This document shows positions 48,476 through 58,158 of a stretch of DNA of 64,000 bases, piece after piece. Source of the stretch: Acidobacteriota bacterium (lineage in GTDB: Bacteria; Acidobacteriota; UBA890; WLXD01); the NCBI GenBank assembly GCA_965248845.1, contig CBDFKO010000002.1, positions 968,063 to 1,032,062 of the forward strand. The letters are read 5' to 3'. Made by a program: the position numbers and the translations under genes. The notes beneath the pieces were generated by a model that worked only from the letters and a program-made list of their open reading frames with translations, was not told the origin of the DNA and did not search any database. The number at the start of each line of letters is the position of its first letter. Within the stretch, counting starts at the first letter, position 1.

Positions 48476-49780
48476 CAGGCTGCTGAAAAACGGCTCGAGC
48501 GCGCCATTTTGGGCTGGATCGTCTCGATCACGGTGAGTTAGCGGGGCGGCGAGTGCGAGTGCGAGGCTCTGGTTGCCGGCCGCGCCGGTATTTCTTGGGC
48601 GGTTAGTCCCGATATCGTCACGTCGCCCCCTGGAGGTTGCGCATTCTGACCAGGTTGAAGGCAGCGGCGGTGAAGGTGAACATCCAATCGACGCGTTCGG
48701 TGCCTCGGTGCCGCGTCTTGCGCATCAGCCCGACCGTCTTGGCCCATCCGAACATCTGCTCGACGAGCTTGCGTTTCCTTTGACTGACCTGGTAGCCGGG
48801 GTGGCGGGTTGTGCGCCGGTCGATGGCGCTGCGCCGATTGGTGTCGTTCTGTGCGACGTGCGGGGTGATGTTCCGATCTCGAAGCTTACGGACGCACTCG
48901 CGTGTGTCGTAGCCCTTGTCGGCCGCCAAGGTCACCCTGCGGTTACCGGAAATCTTGTCCGCCATTTGCACCGCCGCCTCTCGTTCCGCTGTCCCGGAAG
49001 CGATCGTTACGCATGCCTTGGTTGCTAACCCGTGGCGGTTGTCGATCATCAGGTGCCCCATGTAGCAGAGCTTCGACTCGGCTCCCCTACTTTTCTTGTA
49101 CAGGCGTGCGTCCGGATCGGTCCTGGAGGCGTGAGTATCGTTTGTGCGCCGTTGTTTGCGAAAATCGACGCTCGGGTTGCTGCCGCCCTCATCGGAGTCG
49201 CTCTGATCCTTCGGCTTGAAGCTCTTGTGTGAGGCCCACGCCTCGATCAGCGTACCGTCCACCGTGAAGTGCTCATCCGATAGCAGGCTGCGGCGCCGTG
49301 CCTCCGCCAGCACTTCCTGGAAGAACACCTCGGCGACCTCGCCTCCCAACACTCGATCCCGGTTCTTCGTGAACACCGTCGCATCCCACACCAGATCGTC
49401 CATGTTCAGGCCCACAAACCACCGGAACAGCAGGTTGTAGTCGAGCTGCTCCATCAGCATGCGCTCGGAGCGAATCGTGTACAGCACCTGCAGCAGCAGC
49501 GCCCGCAGCAGTTTCTCCGGCGGGATCGACGGTCGCCCCGTGTGCGAGTACAGCTTCTCGAACAGCGGCGACATCCGCCCCAGCACATCGTTGACGATCC
49601 TCAGCAGCGGCCGCAGCGGATGCTCTTTCGGTACTCGCTGCTCCGGAGATACGTAACTAAAGGCGGCCACCTGTCCCGCGTCCTCACCACGCATCTGCTC
49701 ACCTCGTTGATGCTTCGGTTTTTGCCGCGGGCTGCGTGGTTCAGAATCTACTCGAACAAGGGGAGTTTTTCAGCAGCCTG
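48476..49780. mobile_element. IS5-family insertion sequence (1305 bp) with 16-bp perfect terminal inverted repeats and a 4-bp CTAG target duplication
   Basis: Terminal repeats caggctgctgaaaaac / gtttttcagcagcctg; CTAG at 48472-48475 and 49781-49784. Confidence 0.85.
48618..49694 (-). CDS. IS5-family DDE transposase
   Basis: 358 aa with DDE_Tnp_1-like motifs (HPLRPLLRIVND..., DKGYD). Confidence 0.9.
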   Translation of the reverse strand: MRGEDAGQVAAFSYVSPEQRVPKEHPLRPLLRIVNDVLGRMSPLFEKLYSHTGRPSIPPEKLLRALLLQVLYTIRSERMLMEQLDYNLLFRWFVGLNMDDLVWDATVFTKNRDRVLGGEVAEVFFQEVLAEARRRSLLSDEHFTVDGTLIEAWASHKSFKPKDQSDSDEGGSNPSVDFRKQRRTNDTHASRTDPDARLYKKSRGAESKLCYMGHLMIDNRHGLATKACVTIASGTAEREAAVQMADKISGNRRVTLAADKGYDTRECVRKLRDRNITPHVAQNDTNRRSAIDRRTTRHPGYQVSQRKRKLVEQMFGWAKTVGLMRKTRHRGTERVDWMFTFTAAAFNLVRMRNLQGAT

Positions 49781-49804
49781 CTAGGAGACCGTGCTTCGGC
49801 CCCT

Positions 49805-50923
49805 TCAGCGCTCCAGAGCCCGCACGAGATCCTCCGGCCCCACGTCGATCGCCCAAGCGCCGTCGGCCGCCGCCATCTCGCCGAGTGCGAGCGGCAGCGC
49901 GCAGCGAGTCACGCCCTTGCGGGACTTCTTGTCGTGACGCGTTGCGGCCACGACGTCCTGTGCGGCCATCCCGGCCGGCAGGGCGGTGGGTAGGCCGGCA
50001 CGGGCGCAGAGCGACTCGATGCGCTCCGGCAGATCCGCAGGGGCGCGCAACAGGCGACAGGCCAGCCGGGCCTCAGCGACCATGCCGATGGCGACCGCCT
50101 TGCCGTGGCTGACGCTCAGGCCACTGGCCGCCTCGACCCCGTGGCCGAGCGTATGCCCGAAGTTCAGGATCGTCCGTCGCCCAGCCTCCCGCTCGTCATC
50201 GGCAACAACTCCAGCTTTCAGCTGCACACTGCGCTCGACGACGTTCTCGAGGGCGCCCGCGACCCTGCCCCGGCACGACTCGAGCAGGCCGTCCTCAAGA
50301 TCGACAAAGAGCTGCGCATCGAGGATGACGCCGTACTTGATGACCTCCGCCAAGCCGGCGCCGAGCTCGGAATCCGGCAGGCTGGCAAGCAGCTCCACGT
50401 CGGCAATCACGCCAGCCGGTTGGTGGAACGCGCCAACCAGGTTCTTGCCCGCCGCCGTGTCGATGCCCGTCTTGCCTCCCACCGAGCTGTCGACCATCGC
50501 CAGCAGGGTGCTCGGCAGCTGCACGAAAGGCAACCCGCGATAGAGTGTCGCCGCGACGAAGCCCGCCAGGTCACCGACCACGCCGCCGCCGAGCGCAACC
50601 ACGGCCGCATCGCGCCCGAAACCCGACTCGATGATCGCGTCCTGGAGTGCGCCTACCGTCTGGCGCGATTTCGCCGCCTCGCCGGCGGGAAAGGTAAACG
50701 TCCGGACCGGCGTGCCGGAGCGCGCGAAGCTCGCTTGCGTAACGGCGCTGTAGAGCTCGGCGACCGTCGTATCGCTGATCAACGCCCAGCCGGCCGGCTG
50801 CAGCCATGCAGCCGTATGCTCGGCGGCTCCTTCGAGCAGGCCGCTGCCAACTATGACCTCGTAGCTGCGATCCTCACCTGCGGGGAGCTCGACCCGTACG
50901 CGGGAGCCGGGCACCGTCCTCAA
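49805..50923 (-). CDS. aroB: 3-dehydroquinate synthase
   Basis: GGGVVGDLAGFVAATLYRGLPFVQLPSTLLAMVDSSVGGKTGI. Confidence 0.9.
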   Translation of the reverse strand: MRTVPGSRVRVELPAGEDRSYEVIVGSGLLEGAAEHTAAWLQPAGWALISDTTVAELYSAVTQASFARSGTPVRTFTFPAGEAAKSRQTVGALQDAIIESGFGRDAAVVALGGGVVGDLAGFVAATLYRGLPFVQLPSTLLAMVDSSVGGKTGIDTAAGKNLVGAFHQPAGVIADVELLASLPDSELGAGLAEVIKYGVILDAQLFVDLEDGLLESCRGRVAGALENVVERSVQLKAGVVADDEREAGRRTILNFGHTLGHGVEAASGLSVSHGKAVAIGMVAEARLACRLLRAPADLPERIESLCARAGLPTALPAGMAAQDVVAATRHDKKSRKGVTRCALPLALGEMAAADGAWAIDVGPEDLVRALER

Positions 50924-51618
50924 GCCGCCGCGAGCCGACAGTCAGCTTGCTGCAGCGCCGTCCGCGCCAGAACTTCGGAGGCGTCGATGACCGGCAGCGG
51001 CACAGCCTGCGGATCGACCGCGAGAGGCAGCTCGGTGCAACCCAGAACCAATGCCTGAGCGCCCGCCGCAACGAGCGCCTCGATAGAATCCATGAGACGC
51101 GGATCGCGCCCCGTTCGCCCGCCCTTGATGGCACGAATCGCCGCCATGACGTTGGCCTGGGGCTCCGCGGCGAGGGCAACCGGAACCAACCCCTGCGCCT
51201 CCAGGCAACGATCGTACAGCCCGAGATGGACTGTCCCGGTCGCCGCCAGGATCGCTACGTGCGTGCCCGGAGCCACCCGTCGGGCCACCTCGCGTGCGGC
51301 CAGGTCGATCATGTCGAGTACTGGGATGCCAACTGCTTCGCGCACCGCCTCCAGGTAGGCATGTGCCGAATTGCAAGGGATCGTGATCAGATCGGCTCCG
51401 GCACCCTCGAGCACCCGCGCCGCCGCGCCTAGCGCGGGTGCCGGATCGGCCCCGTCGCCCGTCAGATGACCCGTCCGGTCGGGCGTCTGTGTGGCGTTGT
51501 ACACCACGCACGGAGGATGGTCCTGGTCCTTCCCGGCACCCACCATGCGTACCAGCCGTGCGAAGAAGTCGACCGTTGCTACCGGCCCCATGCCGCCCAG
51601 AACTCCGATCGTCTTCAC
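50920..51618 (-). CDS. Aspartate/glutamate racemase family protein
   Basis: MKTIGVLGGMGP...IPCNSAH...LGCTE motifs of Asp/Glu racemases. Confidence 0.8.
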   Translation of the reverse strand: MKTIGVLGGMGPVATVDFFARLVRMVGAGKDQDHPPCVVYNATQTPDRTGHLTGDGADPAPALGAAARVLEGAGADLITIPCNSAHAYLEAVREAVGIPVLDMIDLAAREVARRVAPGTHVAILAATGTVHLGLYDRCLEAQGLVPVALAAEPQANVMAAIRAIKGGRTGRDPRLMDSIEALVAAGAQALVLGCTELPLAVDPQAVPLPVIDASEVLARTALQQADCRLAAA

Positions 51619-51619
51619 G

Positions 51620-53134
51620 TCAGGCGCTCTGTTCGTCGGCCGGTTCCGGCACCCAACGCAATACCGGCCTGCGAGCCGCGGCGGTCTCGTCGAGCCGGCG
51701 ATGATAGGTCGAGTGGGGCGCCCCGGTTACCTTCTCTGGCTCGCTCTCGGTCTCTCCCGCGATGGCGATCAGTGCCTCGGCGAACTGGTCCAGCTCCTGC
51801 AGCGAGACAGTCTCCGTCGGCTCGATCATCAGGGCGCCGGACACTACCAGCGGGAAGTAGACGGTCGGCGGGTGAAAGCCGTAGTCCATCAGACGCTTGC
51901 AGATGTCCATCGCGCTCACGCCGAGCGCCTTCTGGCGGGCGTCCGAGAACACGACCTCGTGCATACAGACCCGGTTGTGCGGCAGCTCGTAGTGGTTGCG
52001 AAGCCGCTCCTTCAGGTAGTTCGCCGCCAGTACCGCATCCTCGGCGACTCGGCGCAGGCCCGAGGGTCCGAGGGCCCGGATGTAGGTATAAGCCCGGACC
52101 ATCATGCCAAAGTTGCCGTAGAAGCCGTGGATCTTGCCGATGCTGTCGGGACGGTTGCCCTCCATACTGAAGCGGCCGTCAGTGTCGCGCGCCACAATCG
52201 GCCGTGGCCGGAACGGCTCGAGATGCTCGGCCAGCGCCACTGGGCCACACCCCGGACCCCCGCCGCCGTGCGGCGTCGTGAAGGTCTTGTGCAGGTTGAT
52301 ATGGAAGACGTCGGCGCCGAAGTCCCCGGGCCGGGATTTGCCCAGAATGGCGTTCAGGTTGGCGCCATCGCAGTAGACCAGGCCACCCGCGCCATGGACG
52401 ATCCCGATGATCTCGACGATCTGCTCCTCGAACAGCCCCAGCGTGTTGGGGTTGGTCAGCATGAGGGCCGCGGTCTCGGCGTCGGCGGCAGCCCGCAGCG
52501 CCTCAAGATCGATCATTCCCGACGCGTTGCTGGGGATCTCCACTGGCCGCAGCCCGCAGAGACTGGCCGTTGCCGGGTTCGTGCCGTGGGCCGCATCGGG
52601 AATCAGTACCTTCTTGCGGGCACGATCGCCGCGCTTCCGATGGTACGCGTCGATCATCATGATCCCGGTCAGCTCGCCCTGGGCGCCGGCCGCCGGCTGC
52701 AGCGACACATGGGGCAGGCCGGTGATCTCCGACAGCGTCCGCTCGAGCCGCCACATGAGCTCCAGGCATCCCTGCATGCACTCGTAGGGCATGTAGGGAT
52801 GCGCGCCGCCGAACCCCGCTAACCTGGCCACCCGCTCGTGCAGCCGCGGGTTGTACTTCATCGTGCACGAGCCCAGTGGGTGCAATCCCATGTCGATGCC
52901 GTAGTTGTGCTGCGAGATGCGTGTGAAATGACGTACGACGTCGACCTCGGAGACCTCCGGGAACCCTTCGATCCCGTCGCGCACCTGATCCTGCCCCCAG
53001 GCTTCGGCGGCCACGACCGCCGGCACGTCGAGCTCGGGCAGCGAATACCCAACCCGCCCGAACCCGCTACGCTCGAAGATCAGCCCTTCCGACTTGAGCT
53101 GCCCCTGCTCGGTGGCAGCTATCGGTCGGCTCAT
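51620..53134 (-). CDS. gcvPB: Glycine dehydrogenase (decarboxylating) subunit 2
   Basis: PLP fold with the NLHKTF lysine motif. Start at ATG 53134; ATGA overlap with gcvPA. Confidence 0.9.
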   Translation of the reverse strand: MSRPIAATEQGQLKSEGLIFERSGFGRVGYSLPELDVPAVVAAEAWGQDQVRDGIEGFPEVSEVDVVRHFTRISQHNYGIDMGLHPLGSCTMKYNPRLHERVARLAGFGGAHPYMPYECMQGCLELMWRLERTLSEITGLPHVSLQPAAGAQGELTGIMMIDAYHRKRGDRARKKVLIPDAAHGTNPATASLCGLRPVEIPSNASGMIDLEALRAAADAETAALMLTNPNTLGLFEEQIVEIIGIVHGAGGLVYCDGANLNAILGKSRPGDFGADVFHINLHKTFTTPHGGGGPGCGPVALAEHLEPFRPRPIVARDTDGRFSMEGNRPDSIGKIHGFYGNFGMMVRAYTYIRALGPSGLRRVAEDAVLAANYLKERLRNHYELPHNRVCMHEVVFSDARQKALGVSAMDICKRLMDYGFHPPTVYFPLVVSGALMIEPTETVSLQELDQFAEALIAIAGETESEPEKVTGAPHSTYHRRLDETAAARRPVLRWVPEPADEQSA

Positions 53135-54516
53135 CGCGACACCTCGCTCAAGACCTCGGTCAAGCGATCGATTTGCTCGCGCGTGTGGACCTCGGTTACG
53201 CAGACCAGCAGCTGGTCGCCACGCTCCGTATCGAAGCGCTCGAGCGGCACTCCAGGGACGACCCCGCGCTCGGCGGCCGCGAGGCACACCTCGCTGGCCG
53301 AGCCGGGTACGCGGACGACGAACTCGTTGAAGTGCGGACCGCCATACAGCGGCTCGAATCCGGCCGCCGCCAGCGCCTCTCGCGCATAGCTGGCCTTGGC
53401 CAGGTTGTGGCTCGCAAGCTCGGCGACGCCTCCGCGCCCCAGCGTGCACATGTGAATACACGCAGCCAGCGCGCACAGCGCCTCGTTGGTGCAGATGTTG
53501 GAGGTCGCCTTGCCGCGGCGGATATGCTGCTCGCGCGTCGACAACGTCAGCACATAACCGCGCTTCCCGGCCGCGTCGACGGTCTCGCCCGCCAGCCGGC
53601 CCGGGAGGTTCCGCTTGTCACGGTCGCGGCACGCCACGAAGCCGACCAAGGGGCCCCCGTAGTTCATCCCGTTGCCGAAGCTCTGGAGCTCGCCCACGAC
53701 CAGGTCGGCGCCGGCATCGCCCGGCGGATAGGCAAGGCCGAGTGCCAGCGGCTCGGTGGTGGCCACTACGAACTTCGCAGCACTCTCGGCGATGAGCGCT
53801 CCGGCAGCGCGCAGATCCTCCATGACGCCGAAGAAGTTGGGTTGCTGCAGGACTACGGCGATCACCTCGTCGTCGACCGCCTCGAGCCGCGTGCGCCCGC
53901 TCTCATCGACCGGCAACGTCACGAACTCGATGTCGAGATGGGTGGCGTAGGTGTGGGTGACCTCGACGTAGCCCGGGTGCACACCCTCTGAAAGCAGCAC
54001 CCTGCCGCCTCGCCGCACCAGGCGGCGAGCCATCAGAACCGCCTCCGCCACCGAGCTGGCCCCATCGTAGACCGAGGCGTTGCACACCTCCATGCCGGTC
54101 AGCAGACAGACCAAGCTCTGGAACTCGAAGATGGCCTGCAGCGTTCCCTGCCCAACCTCCGCCTGGTAGGGCGTGTAGGCGGTGAGGAACTCTTGGCGCT
54201 GGATCAGCGCGTCGACATGGGACGGGACGAAGTGCGGATTGCAGCCCGCCCCCAGGAAGCTGAGGGCGCCCTGCCCCGGAGCAGTACGCGCCGCCAGCGA
54301 TTCCATCAGCGACACCAACTCCTGTTCGGCCATGGTGCACTCGACGGCCAACTCGCCCGTGAAGCGGACGGACGCCGGGATGGATTCGAACAGCTGGTCG
54401 ATGTGGTCGACGCCGACCGTCCGCATCATCGCGTCTCGATCGCCATGGCCCTGCGACAGCAGCCGGCCCGACCCACGGGCGTCGTTGCCCCGTGACTGGC
54501 TCGCATCGATCGTCAC
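53131..54516 (-). CDS. gcvPA: Glycine dehydrogenase (decarboxylating) subunit 1
   Basis: GcvP N-terminal half; MLAAIG-like N-terminus. Confidence 0.9.
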   Translation of the reverse strand: MTIDASQSRGNDARGSGRLLSQGHGDRDAMMRTVGVDHIDQLFESIPASVRFTGELAVECTMAEQELVSLMESLAARTAPGQGALSFLGAGCNPHFVPSHVDALIQRQEFLTAYTPYQAEVGQGTLQAIFEFQSLVCLLTGMEVCNASVYDGASSVAEAVLMARRLVRRGGRVLLSEGVHPGYVEVTHTYATHLDIEFVTLPVDESGRTRLEAVDDEVIAVVLQQPNFFGVMEDLRAAGALIAESAAKFVVATTEPLALGLAYPPGDAGADLVVGELQSFGNGMNYGGPLVGFVACRDRDKRNLPGRLAGETVDAAGKRGYVLTLSTREQHIRRGKATSNICTNEALCALAACIHMCTLGRGGVAELASHNLAKASYAREALAAAGFEPLYGGPHFNEFVVRVPGSASEVCLAAAERGVVPGVPLERFDTERGDQLLVCVTEVHTREQIDRLTEVLSEVSR

Positions 54517-54523
54517 TGCGATC

Positions 54524-54907
54524 TCACTCCTCGATGTGTGAGCGGTAGGCGTCGGCGCTCATCAACGCGGCCACCTCGGCAGCGTCGTCCATCTTGATGC
54601 GCACCATCCAGCCGGCCCCGTGTGGATCGTCGTTGACGGTCTCGGGCGCATCTACGAGCTCCTCGTTGACGACAACGATCTCGCCGGCGACCGGCGCGTA
54701 CAGGTCGGAGACCGCCTTGACGGACTCGATCGTCCCGAAAGGGTCTCCCCTGCCAAAGCGGCTCCCGGGCTCGGGGAGCTCGACAAAAACTACGTCGCCG
54801 AGCTCGTCCTGGGCGTGGTGCGTGATCCCTACCGTGCACACCTCGCCGTCGACGGAGATCCACTCGTGCTCATTGGAATAGACGTAACTGTCGGGGTAGT
54901 CGGCCAT
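54524..54907 (-). CDS. gcvH: Glycine cleavage system H protein
   Basis: Lipoyl-lysine motif ESVKAVSDLYAP; start at ATG 54907. Confidence 0.9.
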   Translation of the reverse strand: MADYPDSYVYSNEHEWISVDGEVCTVGITHHAQDELGDVVFVELPEPGSRFGRGDPFGTIESVKAVSDLYAPVAGEIVVVNEELVDAPETVNDDPHGAGWMVRIKMDDAAEVAALMSADAYRSHIEE

Positions 54908-54966
54908 GAGCTCCTCCGCTGCGCCGGCCCGGCCACGATCGCGTGTCACGAACTGGGCGCGGCCAC

Positions 54967-56064
<1,098 letters not shown>

Positions 56065-56137
56065 GGGACCTCCCGCGGGACGGAGCAGGAATGGGCGAAC
56101 AGACGGGCGTCGGGCCGACGCGACGCCTCAAGTTACC

Positions 56138-56174
56138 ATAGCAGGCTGTGGTGCAAGTGTGATGGGCCTGGTAG
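56138..56174. repeat. Micro copy (~37 bp) of the MITE family in the gcvT leader
   Basis: aTAGcaggctgtggtgcaagtgtgatgggcctggTAG, i.e. left terminal motif plus the right tip. Confidence 0.5.
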
Positions 56175-56231
56175 TTCTGCCAACGGCGCCTCACGGCGCC
56201 TTCCACCGCGCGGAAGAGGCCGCAGAAAAGC

Positions 56232-56870
56232 CTACCGGACCCGCTCCCAGCCGCTGGTAGCGGCGCGGAATCGCCACACGGCGACACGGCCGGTCGCCCC
56301 ATACAAGCGCACCGCCGCAGCGTCCCCGTAAGCGTTGTGGAGATAGACCGTACCGCTACTCGTCGACCCTTCAGGGGCAACGCTCAGCCGATCGAGACGG
56401 CCGAACGCGACGCCATCCGCGGGCCGGGCGCCGGCCAGCGACGGCACCCCGGCCGGTAGACCCGCCACGATCCCGGGAAAGTCGCGTTCGAGACGAAACA
56501 CTCGACCCGTCGGCCTATCGATGTTCCGACGCAGGTCGTCCGATCGGAGGCCGTCCCCATCGCCATCCTCGAGCTCGTGCCATTCCAGACCGTCCACCGT
56601 GTAGAACTGAAGGCCGAAGTGCCGGCCGTGGGCGCTCGCTCTCGCTTGCAAGACGGCGACCTGCGTCGCAATCGCGCCGCAGGCCGACAGGAGCTGTTGG
56701 CTCTGGCGCCATCGGACCCAGGCGGGAGCAGCCGTCTGCACGAGTAGCCCTACGATCGCGAGGCACACGGTCAACTCGAGCAGTGAGACGCCCGCTGCCC
56801 GGAAGGCTACGCCGCCAGCGGCGCGTCCTTGACGGTGGCACCGTAACCAGACCCACCACACTTTCACCAC
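56232..56870 (-). CDS. Orphan prepilin-type N-terminal cleavage/methylation domain protein (GspH/FimT-like minor pseudopilin); 5' end lies within a MITE copy
   Basis: AAG|VSLLELTVCLAIVGLL prepilin motif with Glu at +5; GspH-like C-terminus. No other T2SS/T4P genes nearby. The GTG start falls inside the repeat caccacactttcacc. Confidence 0.55.
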   Translation of the reverse strand: MVKVWWVWLRCHRQGRAAGGVAFRAAGVSLLELTVCLAIVGLLVQTAAPAWVRWRQSQQLLSACGAIATQVAVLQARASAHGRHFGLQFYTVDGLEWHELEDGDGDGLRSDDLRRNIDRPTGRVFRLERDFPGIVAGLPAGVPSLAGARPADGVAFGRLDRLSVAPEGSTSSGTVYLHNAYGDAAAVRLYGATGRVAVWRFRAATSGWERVR

Positions 56871-56879
56871 GGTCTCCTA
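56850..56879. repeat. MITE-family right-end copy (D) immediately left of IS630 copy 2
   Basis: gacccaccacactttcaccacggtctccTA. Confidence 0.6.
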
Positions 56880-58080
56880 GTCTCCTGTAACAGTGGTTCG
56901 CAGCATAAGTCATGAGGCGTGTTGGTCGAGAGTGCGCTGTGCGAACCGGGCGATGGGAGCCAGGATCTCGTCGGCACTCTTGCACCACACGAACGGCTCG
57001 GGGGTCTCGTTGTGCGCATCGATGAACTCCCAGATAGCTGCCACCAGCGCTGCGACACTGCAATGAGATCCGCGGCGGATCTGCTTGTTGGTCAGCTCGG
57101 CGAACCAGCGCTCGACCTGGTTGAGCCACGAGGCATAGGTAGGGGTGAAGTGCAGGTGGAAGCGTGGCCGTTTGGCCAGCCAGGTGTGGATCATCGGGCT
57201 CTTGTGGGTGCCGTAGTTGTCCAGGACCAGATGCACCTGCAGTTGGGCAGGCACCTGCTCATCGATCATGTCCAGGAACTTGCGGAACTCCACCGAGCGA
57301 TGCCGGCGGTGAGTCTGAGCCAGAACGGTTCCCGTCTTGATGTCCAAGGCGGCGAACAACGATGTCGTTCCATGGCGTTGGTAGTCATGCGTGCGCCGCT
57401 CCATCTGGCCGGGCCGCATGGGTAGCAACGGCTGTGTCCGATCCAGTGCCTGGATCTGGCTCTTTTCGTCCACGCACAGCACCACCGCGTGCTCGGGCGG
57501 GTTGACATACAACCCGACGACGTCGCGCACCTTGTCCACCAGTAACGGGTCGGGCGAGAGCTTGAACGTCTCGGTGCGGTGTGGCTTGAGACCAAAGGCA
57601 CGCCAGATCCGGCTGATTGTGGCGTGGCTCAAGCCGGTCGCCTTGGCCATCGACCGGGTGGACCAGTGGGTGGCCCCACGCGGGGTACTCTCCAAGGTGC
57701 GGATGATCACCTGTTCGACCTGGGCGTCCGTGATCTTGCGCGGCGCTCCGGGTCGCGGTTCGTCGTACAGGCCATCGAGACGATCCGACACGAAGCGTGC
57801 CCGCCATTTGCCCACGGTGCTCGGTGACAGCTGCAAGCGCTTGGCCACGGCCTTGTTGTCGTGTCCCTGCGCGCAGGCCAGGACGATGCGCGCGCGGCGT
57901 GCCGGGGCGGGGGCGGTGCGGGATCGATGCGCCAACGAGTTCAGGTGTGCCTCCTCCTGTGGCGTCAGCGTTAAGGGAGCCTTGGGTCGACCGGTGCGCA
58001 TGCGACAATCTCCTGTGCTCAGCTACAGGTTCAACATATGCACACTATAACTTATATCAGTTATTTCTGATACAGGAGAC
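56880..58080. mobile_element. IS630-family insertion sequence (copy 2, 1201 bp) inserted at the TA of a CTAG between two MITE arms
   Basis: TA duplications at 56878-56879 and 58081-58082. Terminal inverted repeat gtctcctgtaacag / gtctcctgtatcag with AT-rich subterminal sequence. Confidence 0.85.
56910..58001 (-). CDS. IS630-family DDE transposase (full length, N-terminal HTH plus DDE core)
   Basis: 363 aa; aligns with the copy-1 transposase over its whole length. Confidence 0.9.
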   Translation of the reverse strand: MRTGRPKAPLTLTPQEEAHLNSLAHRSRTAPAPARRARIVLACAQGHDNKAVAKRLQLSPSTVGKWRARFVSDRLDGLYDEPRPGAPRKITDAQVEQVIIRTLESTPRGATHWSTRSMAKATGLSHATISRIWRAFGLKPHRTETFKLSPDPLLVDKVRDVVGLYVNPPEHAVVLCVDEKSQIQALDRTQPLLPMRPGQMERRTHDYQRHGTTSLFAALDIKTGTVLAQTHRRHRSVEFRKFLDMIDEQVPAQLQVHLVLDNYGTHKSPMIHTWLAKRPRFHLHFTPTYASWLNQVERWFAELTNKQIRRGSHCSVAALVAAIWEFIDAHNETPEPFVWCKSADEILAPIARFAQRTLDQHAS

Positions 58081-58127
58081 TAGCGGCCCGTGGTGAAAGT
58101 GTGATTAAGCGGCCCGCCGCTTGGTAG
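58081..58127. repeat. MITE-family left-end/micro copy (E) immediately right of IS630 copy 2
   Basis: TAgcggcccgtggtgaaagtgtgatt...cttggTAG. Together with D it forms a 16-bp perfect palindrome, cacactttcaccacgg / ccgtggtgaaagtgtg, centred on the TA that was duplicated. Confidence 0.6.
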
Positions 58128-58158
58128 GCCGACGATCTGGCGCTACCCTGAAGCCGGC

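Noticed and set aside
56065-56231. Glycine riboswitch upstream of gcvT
   Set aside because: No tandem aptamer consensus (GGAGAG ... ACCGAAGGGG) could be found by eye on the transcribed strand. Left as a check for a covariance-model search.
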